From contig OZ287700.1 in the NCBI GenBank assembly GCA_965649825.1, positions 186,001 to 250,000 on the forward strand: a stretch of DNA of 64,000 bases, in the 5' to 3' direction. The stretch is from Penicillus capitatus. Lineage: Eukaryota; Plantae; Chlorophyta. The notes under the pieces are model-generated. The model had not been told where the DNA came from. It saw only the letters and a program-made list of their open reading frames with translations, and did not search any database. The first letter of the stretch is position 1; the number at the start of each line of letters is the position of its first letter. This document shows positions 45,904 through 56,556 of this stretch, piece after piece. Position numbers and translations under genes: made by a program.

Positions 45904-48900
45904 GTCAGTAGAAACATTTTCTGGTGATGTTTGCACTATCGCCTATGTCGCACTTTGCTCAATGAAGTTCGTCGCGTCTTAGGCTCCGGCAACACGAAAC
46001 CAGGGCCACCGTCGACGAATCCCACTCGCATCTTCGTGAAAGCCGAAGACGGAAAAACGGACACAGCTGCAGTACGGCGTCAAGACACTCTGAACGCACG
46101 AACTGCCCAACGCATTCACTCACAGGAAACAAAAGAAACGCGCGTCTTGTTGAACACCGACGCGCCCACTGAAGGAGCACAACTCTCTGGTACGTCTTAT
46201 TTTTCGCGGAAGGTGACGAGTAGCGGCATTCTGCCCTCTGCAGACTTCAAGTGCTCCTTGGAGGACGAAGATGTGAAACCCCTTCACTTGTCCGCAGACA
46301 GCGGGATATGGTTGATAGACGACGACGGCCTCGCGGCTGTCGCCAACGATTTGCAGTCCATAGTCAACTGCACGAATAACAGTGACGTCATCCTGTTCAA
46401 CACCACAAAGATGATTCGACCGTCGTCGCGGGTCACCCTACCCTGGAATCTTACACTCAGCGCATACGTCGAGAACCCCCGTCGCGTCGACTCTGCGTTC
46501 CCACTGTCCGCGACGAAAGCGAGATTCACGTGTCCCCAAGAAGACGACGGCCTTTTCCTTTCACAGTATGGATCTCTCTATCTGCCGTTCGTCGGAATGT
46601 TGTGTGTTCAGAGCGGACAACGTGGTCTTCGCCAACATCGCTGTCGAAGAATGCGCGTTTACATCGGAAAGCGGAGATCGAGCAATCGTCGAAGTCTCGG
46701 CATGCGATTCCGAGAGAAAGCCTGGCCTCGTGGCGCTGCACCACGTCGCCTTTCGAAACAACGAACTCAGCGGGGCATCCGCGCTCCGCGTGACGAGCCC
46801 TTCCTGCTCTGAGCTGAAGATGCGCGACGTCGAGATCTCCGACAACATCTGCTCGCACGAAGCCTGTGGTGTTCTCCTCGGAACGAAGAACCGAATAGAG
46901 GGCATCAGATTGCTGAGGAATGGTTTGGCCGATCCCGTGGATGGATTCCCGAGCCTCCTGTTCGCTTCCACGTCGTCCAACACAGCGATTGAAGGCCTGG
47001 AGGCTGCCGATAACAGCCTCACTGTTATCCAGATCCGTGATGGTGCTCTTTCGTTGTCCAACGCGTCCTTTGACCACAATCAACTGAATACTGAGAAAGA
47101 AGCTAGCAACGGCACTTGCATTCACCTGGTCCAGTCATCGGCAAAAATCACCAAGTCCAAATTTGCAAAAAACAAGGGCACTTGGGGATCCTGTCTTTAC
47201 GCCAAAGAATCGAACTTTACAGTGAGCACTTCAGAGTTCGCAAGAAATGCCGCTGATCAGAGTGGAGGCTTCAGCTGTGTATCGGACTCGACAGCCAGGT
47301 TCGAACAAGTGGAGGCTAGGAACAACATCGCCAAGCTGAATGGCGGTTGTGTTTACGCTGTGAACACTGAACTTGAATTCACGGCGACTACTGTAATGGG
47401 CAACAGAGCTGAAAGGCATGGTGGCTGCATTTACGTGAAGAATTCGAACATGATGTTATCTGAGACATATGCAAGCGACAACAGTGCTGGACAAATCGGA
47501 GGCTTTATAAACATGGAAAGGTCGACGGCGAAACTTGACAAAACGACTGCGACGGAGAATGAAGCAGCTAGAGGCGGTGCAATTTCACTCTGGGCCTCCA
47601 ATGCTACGTTGAGTCGGACAATTGCCGTCAACAACAGCGCCAGGACTGATGGAGGCTTCATTAGCTTGTATGAGTACTCATCGGCAAACCTCGTCGACAC
47701 GAATGCGACTGGCAACAGTGCTGGGATATTTGGTGGCTGTATTTACGTGAACAATTCGAACATGATGTTATCTGAGACATATGCAAGCGACAACAGTGCT
47801 GGACAAATCGGAGGCTTTATAAACATGGAAAGGTCGACGGCGAAACTTGACAAAACGACAGCGTCGGGAAACAAAGCAGTATTCGGCGGAGCGATTTCGG
47901 TGTGGAATACTAAGGCGACGTTGAAGCGGACGATTGCCGTCGACAACAACGTCGACGAGGAAGGGGGCTTCATGTTTGTTCGGTACTCGTCGGTGGACTT
48001 CGTCGACACGAATGCGACTGGCAACAGTGCTGGGATACATGGTGGCTGTATTTCAGCGAAGGGATCAAGCGGAACCATTACGTTGTCTGGCACGAACGCA
48101 GTCAACAACAGCGCTGCAGGTGCTAGCGGTTACGGAGGCTTCTTGAACTTAGTAGCGATGGCGGCGGTGCTGGACACAACGACAGCGTCGGGAAACAAAG
48201 CAGTATTCGGCGGAGCGATTTCGGTGTGGAATGCGAAGGCGACGTTGAAGCGGACGATTGCCGTCGACAACAACGCCGACGAGGAAGGGGGCTTCATGGT
48301 CGTTGGGTACTCGTCGGTGGACTTCGTCGACACGAATGCGACTGGCAACAGTGCTGGGATACATGGTGGCTGTATTTCAGCGAAGGGATCAAGCGGAACC
48401 ATTACGTTGTCTGGCACGAACGCAGTCAACAACAGCGCTGCAGGTGCTAGCGGTTACGGAGGCTTCTTGAACTTAGTAGCGATGGCGGCGGTGCTGGACA
48501 CAACGACAGCGTCGGGAAACAAAGCAGTATTCGGCGGAGCGATTTCGGTGTGGAATGCGAAGGCGACGTTGAAGCGGACGATTGCCGTCGACAACAACGC
48601 CGACGAGGAAGGGGGCTTCATGGTCGTTGGGTACTCGTCGGTGGACTTCGTCGACACGAATGCGACTGGCAACAGTGCTGGGAAACACGGTGGCTGCATT
48701 CGAATGGTGGAGTCTAAGGGGACTCTTTCTAACACAACTGCGTCCAACAACAGTGCTGGACGAAGAGGTGGCTTCTTGAATTTGAACAAGACGTCGGCGA
48801 ATCTTGACAAAACAACAGCTTTGGGGAATAAAGCATTTGACATTGGCGGCGCTCTTTCCTTTTGGTTCTCTCGTGTCGCGCTGAATCGGACAACGGCCCT

Positions 48901-51900
48901 CAACAACAGCGCCACGAATATGGGAGGCTTCATGTTCATGCAAAACTCGTCGGCGGACTTTGTCGACACGACTGCAAAAAGCAATGGAGCTGGGCAAGCT
49001 GGTGGCTGCATTTTCGCAAACAACTCTACGTTGAACGTCTCGCGTTCGACCTTATCCAAAGGACGGACTGCCAGTTCTGGCGGTTTGCTTGCGGCAATAG
49101 CAAACAGCACCGTCTATATGGAGTATTCCATGCTGAAGTACGGAAGATCCAAGAACGGCGGCGCCATGTGGTTGAATGAAACTCGACTTGCCGGGAAGAG
49201 CCTCTCCATTGTTCGATGCGAGGCAGACGACGACGGTGGCGGAATCAAGGGCGACCATTCGTCGAGCTTACTATGCATCAGCTGCACCTTCCGTACTAAC
49301 GTGGCGAAAACAGGGAACGGCGGCGCTGTCTCGTTTGAAGCCATCCGTAATCAGTCGCAAACGGTCCAGTTACTCAATTGCAGCGTGCTGAACAACAGAG
49401 CAGACCTAGGAGGTGAGCACCTGTGACCATCTTACCCCAAGCATCTATTGTTTGTTTCACCAGGCGGTCTCTATTTCACTTGCGATCAAGAGAGAAAGAA
49501 GTGTTTATCGCACAGCGGCAACTGTTCCGTCAGCGCCATTGTCAACACGACATTTCGGAACAACCAAGCTGCAGTTGCCGGAGGGGCCATCTTCGCCGGC
49601 TCTCTGAGATCTATCTGGTTCAGTTGCTTTGCTGCTTTTAAAGAAGATGTCGGATTTTCCATTCAACAAAAAGCAGGATGGAGGAACTTGAGCCAACTCG
49701 AAAAACTCGCCGACATCTGCCCGGCGTGGAAGGACAACATTGCGGAGGTCTATGGACCAAGCGTGGGTACTTGCGCATCGAAAACGTTCGTCAAAGAAAT
49801 AAAAGATAAAGTTGTCGCTATTCCGGGAAAGGCGTCTGTGATGATCAAAGGGTATGTCAGTGGCGAAGAGCTTCCGCCATTGGAAGTGCAGTTATTTGAC
49901 GGATTGGACCAAGGACCGCCTAAATGTTCTCACGGAGCCAAAGCCAACATGTCCTTTCCCGAGACATTTCTTATCGGGTCAATCATCAAGCCAATCCAGA
50001 AAGGAAAAGCAAGCTTCTCGGGTATTCGGGGCTTTGTTCCTCCGGGGAATCACTCGTTGTCCATTGCGTTCATTGGGGCAGTTGTGGAGGACATCGAAAT
50101 CATCGTGAGTGTCGAGAACTGTTCCATTGGGCAAGTAGTGTCTTCTGGCGGTCTCTGTGCAAATTGCAGCACCACGAGCTACAACCTTCTTCTGAACAAT
50201 GACACGTGCAAGCCTTGCCCCGAGAATGCTGACTGCGAATCTCTTGTCATACTGCCAAAAGATGGTTACTGGCACAAAACGCCCTGCTCGAAGAAGATTC
50301 AGAGATGTCTGACGACGTACGCCTGTGAGTTCGAAGAGCGATCTGAGAAACTGCAGAACTTGACCAAGGATGTGGAGAGCTGCGATCTTGATCAAGCATT
50401 CATCGAAGACTACACTCGGACCCAGTGTACAAAGGTACTGTGCCATTCTGTCTGTGGGCACTCAATTGTCTGTTTTGCAAGGGCCACAAGGGTACTCTGT
50501 GCGGAGCGTGCGCCGACGACTACAGTTCTGGTTTATCGTCGAGGTGCAAGAGATGCTTACCGAGCTTCCTCAACGTGGCTTTCATTCTGGCGTCGGCCTT
50601 CCTTCTGGTGATGTTGATGAGCATCACGATCCACGGAACTCTCAGCGCAGCACTTGAAAGCGGTAGTGACTTGCTTCGTCTATCGGCACTTTCGCCGTCA
50701 AGTAGGCACATCGACACTTCACTTTTGGAAACGGGAGAGGTATTCTTGCATAATCCCTCCATTGCCTCTTCAGTATCCGCTGTTCTTTGCAGAGTTCGAC
50801 CCATGCAGGGGTGGCAGTGTCGGCAAAAGTCCTTGCGAAATGGAAAGCCGTCGAGATGTTCAAGGTCTGACTCAGTTACCTTCGTCCTCGTGGAACGAGT
50901 TTCTTTGCAGATAGTGATAAACTACATTCAGATGATTGTTCTGATCGTTTCTCTGGACGTCGACTGGGCGCTTCCTCTCCTGTTCATGGCAGAGGCAACA
51001 GGTCTGACTGAACATAACTGCGCGTCACACTGAGTGATTGTTTACGGAACTGTAGAGTACATCGGGGGCCTTGCTTCAGAAGGAAATCGTCGATCCATTG
51101 TCTGCTTGAGTTCGGGAAGTGCGTCCTTGCCTCCAACGGCACTGGCACTGGTAGTCAACGTTTGCGTCATCCCTGGCCTTGCGCTCCTTTTCTGGGTCGC
51201 ATTCTGGACGGCGAAAGGGTTGCGCCGTGATCCTGGTGCGCGCTTTCAGTATCTGGCAAAGAGGTGCCTTCTTTCCGTGATGGTTCTCTGGTACATCACT
51301 TTCGTGCCAGTCTTGAAGGCAGCACTGAGCGTCGGCCTTTGTGTCGACGTGCACGACGTTCTCGACCCCGATTCGGATGGCACGACGAGTTACTGGGCAG
51401 TCGACACGAGTATCAAGTGCGGCGAAGGAATTCATAGCAGGCTCAAGTTCTTTCTGGTTCTTTGCTACGTGTGTCCGGTCTACCTTGGGTTGCTTGCTTT
51501 CTTCGTCGGTGTACTCAGACAACGAACCGACGAAGGCAATGATGATCACGGCGCCGATGGTGACGCCGATGTCAGTCCTCATGTCGATACGCGTAACTGG
51601 GTATTCGAGACAATGGGATTCCTCTTTCGGGGATACAGGCTTGGTCGTTGTCGCTATTGGGAGGTCGTCGTCGTGATGCGAAAAGTGGCAGTCACCTTTC
51701 TGGCGTTCTGCGCAAACCGTTTCGACAGTGCGACGCCTGTCTCTGGTATCGCGTACGTCATTACATTTGCCATCGTGGCTCACATTCTGGCAATGCCCTA
51801 CCGAGAAAGATTCAATGAGCTGAACAAGTTCGAAGTAGCAGCACTCTTCGTGTCACAAATGACAACTCAGGCAGCAACAATGTTGAAGGATGAAGGCTTT

Positions 51901-52146
51901 CCGCATAACTATTTTCGCGAGTTGCTGACTGTCGCATGTGTCGTGCTTAACATCGTTACTTTTTTCGTCCTGACATCGTACCTTCTGAAGTTCACGTCTG
52001 AGTATTTGAAGCATGGACTGTTCGAACGACGTGTGCGCTTGCATTCCAATGCGGGAGTGTTTGGCGTGTTTACATGTTGGATCGGTTTCAAAGTGAAATC
52101 TTTAGTCAACAAGCTCAGGCGGAATCGCACTGAAAGCCAAGATTAA
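45904..52146 (+). CDS. Remainder of a large secreted parallel beta-helix (Pmp/pectin-lyase-like repeat) + Cys-rich + multi-pass membrane protein, interrupted by the LINE
   Basis: Many GG(A/C/F)I and N.A repeats, Cys-rich CANCSTTSYNLL...CKPCPENADC...GYW and GHKGTLCGAC, then KIVINYIQ and several hydrophobic helices. GT-AG introns 45924-45967, 46566-46611, 49413-49463, 50435-50481 and three more keep the frame. Confidence 0.85.
47441..47859. repeat. 312-bp-spaced internal duplication (identical 107-nt blocks at 47441-47547 and 47753-47859)
   Basis: AATTCGAACATGATGTTATCTGAGACATATGCAAGCGAC... present twice. Confidence 0.9.
47858..48683. repeat. 324-bp near-perfect coding tandem repeat, about 2.5 copies (108 aa unit)
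   Basis: ACAGCGTCGGGAAACAAAGCAGTATTCGGC at 47858, 48182 and 48506. Confidence 0.95.
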
Positions 52147-52689
52147 GAGGATCCTTTGCACGAGACTTAACGTTGAAGTATCAGTTTATCACACGTTTTT
52201 TCGGTTTTACGTTGGGCGGGATAGCAGAAATCACGACTCGCATCTGTTCTATCTGTGACGGACGTTTTTCTTTTTTCCCAAGCGGCATTACACGTCATTC
52301 GTGTATGCATACGACCGAGTGCTTACATCGCAGACCGTTTATAAGTTTGATGACATGACGAATGCTTGTCTCCCCTCGCGCGTCATGAACTCGTCGATTC
52401 TCTCTCTAAGCCAACAGACAGAGAAGAAGATATGGACAACAAGTCTACAACAGCAGCTGTCTATGACGGTGAAGATCATCCATCCTGTAGATTGTCCCGT
52501 CTCAGGCTGTTGGTAACACTACTACCAGCCTGGATTAGATACATATCTCCAGGCTTTTCGTCCCGACGGGATTTCCGGAGTCGGCATTAGCAGACTAACT
52601 GCCCTGTCAACTATGGACGCTAGCCAATTATGTCACTGTGTATAAACCGCATGCTTGTGCGGTCGCCATCCTAACGAGTACGTTTAGGG

Positions 52690-55190
52690 ATGGATGAGCA
52701 CTTCCCTGGCCATCAGTAGCATGCTCGCACAGTTGGTGCGGGATCTAGTGTGGTTCCGGCAACAGCAGTCGCCGCATCGATCAAATGGATCACCAAGGAC
52801 GGTGAGCCTCGGGCCGTCTATTCATGGGCGGCAGGCCGTTTGCGACTATATATCGGTCAACACCCGCGCGAGTGGAAAATGTCAGCTGATGGCATCGTTA
52901 CCATTAGCTTCTCTTTAGAAATCGCATCGGTCTTTCTTCTCTCGCAGTTTCTTCTGCTGACGCACGGGGGAATCCCGCAAGGGCTTTGGCAAAAGGTACG
53001 GTAAAACCTTCATACAGTGTTATCCAACGGCACTTTGCACGAAGCAACAACAATGATGAGGTGTCAGTCCAGGAAGAACCATGGGAAGTGGCCTGGAGTT
53101 TACAGGGATGCTAACAAGTGTTGCTATTCTGTCATCTTTACAAGATGCGACAGTTTGGGAGCCTCTTCTGGTCACATGAGCCATTTCCATTCCATCCGTG
53201 TCGTATGTCGCTTCACCGCCCTTCGATGTCTTCATTTTGATTCTATCAGCCTCGTCCGATCGAAAATACTAATTCAGATGCATTTCGCCGATTTGCCGAC
53301 CCCACAACGACGGCACAGAAACAGCAGATTCTGACTGATTGGTCATTGGCTGCACGATCCATCAAATTCGGCTGCTCTTTAAACCCATTTCCGGACGTCT
53401 CTTTCAGAATCCAAGATTTGATCCATCAATTGAAGTGTACAAAGAAGAAAGGTATCTATCTGTTGCTTGTTAAAAAGGGAAAGGGACATGAATTTGTGGT
53501 CGTCAACCAAGGAGACGGAGCAAAGCACTCTCTCAAGGCCCCAGGCATTTCCTCCGTCTTCAGCCACAGTCGCAGCATCATTGGACTCCAGGGATCGATG
53601 GATGGCTTTCGGCAGAGCCTTTAAGAACCGAACATGCAGTTCAGCGATTTTCTCAATCTGTGGATGAGCAGGGTGGAATCAGCAGTCTTCCTTATCGAGC
53701 AAAGTCGTCAAGGATGTCTGTCACAAATCGAAACGGCATCCCTTGAATAGCTTATTGTTGATATCGAGACTACGTGTCACGCTGAAATGGGATTTCTCCA
53801 TGTTCATTGCAAGGTTTCTCTAAGCTTGTCTCTCAATTGGAATTTCTAACGATTAATGGATGGGTAGCTACGTGAAAAGTGGGAACTTCAAACGACTGTG
53901 TATAAATTACATGAAGACGAGGCTTTGGCAGAGTGTTCTTTGCTTCATCATGTGAATCATATTCAATGGATGAAGAGGACGATTGGATACTTTGGAAAGT
54001 CAAGCCAAAGTACGTCGTTTTTACAATCTCGCGTGGAAGTCCTGAGACGAGTCGAAGTCTATCAGGTATCACGAACTTTTTTAGCTTAATTATGCATCTA
54101 GCTGAATATAGGCCGAGAATCCGGAGAACCTCGTCAAGCGTTATCTCATCTACTACGGCAATTCTGTCGAGAAGATGACGTTTGCGGGGGATATTGGGAA
54201 AGAAAGAGACGTGTTTTCGCACATCGCCAAGAACGCAGATGATAGCGAAGAGACAAGAGAACTCTTTCGCAAAAGACGATCAACTTCTGTCCGAACGGGA
54301 CACAGAGAGATCATGCCAAATGAGGGCAACGGACAAAGATCAAAGATTGTGGTGGACGTGCGGGAATTGGTAGCACACCTCCCGTTAAGCCTTCACAAGG
54401 CAAAATTCCATCTTCAAACGTCCAGACTCAAGGTAAGACATTTACAAGTAGCAGTGACACAGATGATATGGCAGGTGGGCGATTATATCCTAACGATAGA
54501 CATGGCAGTAGAGAGAAAAACCCTTCCAGATTTGAAGGCATCCATCAATTCTGGAAGGTTAGACAACCAAATGTTAGCCATGTGCAAGAGATTCAGGATC
54601 CCCATCTTGTTGATCGAGTCCGGAGGGAGGCAGTTTCATCATCCAAGCCACCCTAAGTTCGATAAGGAGATGTCTCCGAAATGTATCATCTCACTCGTTC
54701 TCCTCGCTCTTCGTTTTTCCTCGCTAAGGTTCTTTAGCTACGATGATACTCATTGCTCAATGGACTAACGGGGTCTTCTCGATTTTGTAGGTTGGTTTGG
54801 TCGGAAAATGAAGAAGCAACGTGCCATACTTTTAGACATCTCAAGAGGAATTTTACCGAGCCGGATCCTTTGGTAGTCGAGAGACGAGATAGAAGACCAA
54901 CAGTTGAAGAAAACAATTAAGAAGCCATTGAGATTCTCAGGTGTGTTTTTTGCTTTGTCTATTTGTCGTGGTTGATCATTTTCTGTTGTTTGATATGCGT
55001 TTAGATTGATGCCTGAGTGACAAAAATGAATTGCAAGAGGTCGACACAAACACGTCTGGATAAATGACAAAGTTATGTCAGACATAAAACGGCTTACAGA
55101 AACAGCGTCAATCAGTCTAAATAAACAGTGGCAGCAGATACAACGTATAGTCATCTGTCGGTCTTTTGGATTTTTACAAGCCAAGCGCGT
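52690..55190 (+). pseudogene. ERCC4: Decayed XPF/ERCC4 (RAD1/UVH1) structure-specific endonuclease gene
   Basis: Nuclease domain IVVDVRE...VGDYILTIDMAVERKTLPDLKASINSGRL...PILLIE; upstream ILWKVKPKYVV/RRVEVYQ/AENP...LIYYGNSVE; weaker hits (GFGK, MMR...RKNH..WP) near 52980-53110; HhH remnant N*EAIEILR/LMP(G)VT. Contains frameshifts and an in-frame TAA; visibly more AT-rich than neighbours. The 5' boundary is uncertain. Confidence 0.72.
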
Positions 55191-55603
55191 TCCACTCACT
55201 TGGTGTCTTAACAACTCTGTTCCCATCAAGCCAAAAAAACTACCCCTGGTGTGTACGCCATTCACTATTGACGTGAGCACCTTGCTCGCTGTGTGCTCGG
55301 TAGAGGGACTGAAACATCTTTACATGATGCACGGCAAGATGGTTCAGTCTCTAAATCATAAATTGAGATTCGGGCAGAGTCTTCCTTCGAATCCTTTGTT
55401 TACCATCTTGATCTCGAACACCGATGTCAGCATCGAGTACATCCCAGACGAACGACACTCGATCAGCACACAAAGTACAGATGAACATTTTCGGTCCTTC
55501 TCCATTGTCATCGTTCAAATCTGGACCAGCCATGACATCCATCTCTGAGAAATGCCAAACGCCAATGACGTCAAAAAAGATCACAGTCTCGTCATTTCGA
55601 AAG

Positions 55604-56552
55604 ATGGATACCATTTCCGACGACCTTGCTGGCATTGATCTCGAAGCGTCTCCATGGGGACCAGCAGGTCGAAGCATGACTCTTGGCTGTGTCTCTCTGG
55701 CAAGTCAATTCGTTCTCAAGATCCTCAACACAACGACCGTCCACAACATCGATCGTTACACCGATGCAGTCCAAAAACGCAAGCCGACGCGCGGCTTAAT
55801 AACGGTATCCAATCACACCAGGTATCACACCTAGCCGCCACAGCTGATGAGCAAGACGATGTCATACACGCAGTACAGTTGACGATCCGACGTTGCACTG
55901 TGCTCTGTTGCCAGCCTTGTTCTTCTTCACTGAGCATCGTCATCATCAGAATCGTTGGGTGACTTGTGCCGAAGAGATGTGTTTTCGGAATGCGTTTTTG
56001 AAGTGAGGATTCTGCCCAAGGTCTCCAAAACAGACCGTCCTCAGGCAGTTCTTTATGTCTGGCAAGACGCTCCCGGTGAAGAGGGGAGGAGGTGTGCACC
56101 AACCGATCATGTCAAAAACGGCCGAAATGGTGCGCCGTGGAGATTGGCTCCATGTCTTCCCCGAAGGCAATCTCTCCAGACCATCCATGACACCGTGATG
56201 TGACTGTTCCTCCACAGGGCGAGTGGGATACCACGGTCCGTTGCAGTCATTAAAATGGGGTGTTGGGAAAATTATCTGCGATGCCCTCAAAGAGGATGGC
56301 ACAGCGCCCATCGTGCTGCCTTTCTATCACAGTGGTATGGGGGACATCATGCCACGCCGTGCTCGAATTCCTCGTGTTGGCAAGGAAGTGACAGTCATCA
56401 TCGGTCGTCCTCTCGATTTACGTCACATCACCTGTCGCTGTCAGGGACCGAAACCAGAAGAGGCATGGTCGCAGATCACCGCCGAGATCGAGCGTGCTTT
56501 GAAGGAACTGGAAAAGCAGGTGCCACCGAATCGAGATCAGTCACATGGATGA
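55604..56552 (+). CDS. TAZ: Tafazzin-like phospholipid acyltransferase, 4 exons (one GC-AG intron)
   Basis: SPWGPAGRSMTLG, LITVSNHT/STVDDP (HxxxxD), WVTCAEEMCFRN, WLHVFPE/G, KWGVGK, PIVLPFYHSGM, IPRVGKEVTVIIG. The start could lie a few codons upstream. Confidence 0.92.
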
Positions 56553-56556
56553 ATGA

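Noticed and set aside
47441-48683. Regular repeats as a CRISPR-like or non-coding array
   Set aside because: Units are 312/324 bp, in frame within a coding exon, with no unique spacers.
45904-52146. Bacterial contamination or recent transfer of a Chlamydia Pmp-like gene
   Set aside because: The gene has host-type short spliceosomal introns and a eukaryotic Cys-rich/TM C-terminus, and is contiguous with algal genes.
54900-54940. TAA at a Gln-like position (N*EAIEILR) suggesting the TAR=Gln code of some ulvophytes
   Set aside because: OFD1, NIT2, POLA1, CSB and the membrane protein end at TAA/TAG, conserved genes have no internal TAR, and the same locus also has frameshifts, so decay explains it.
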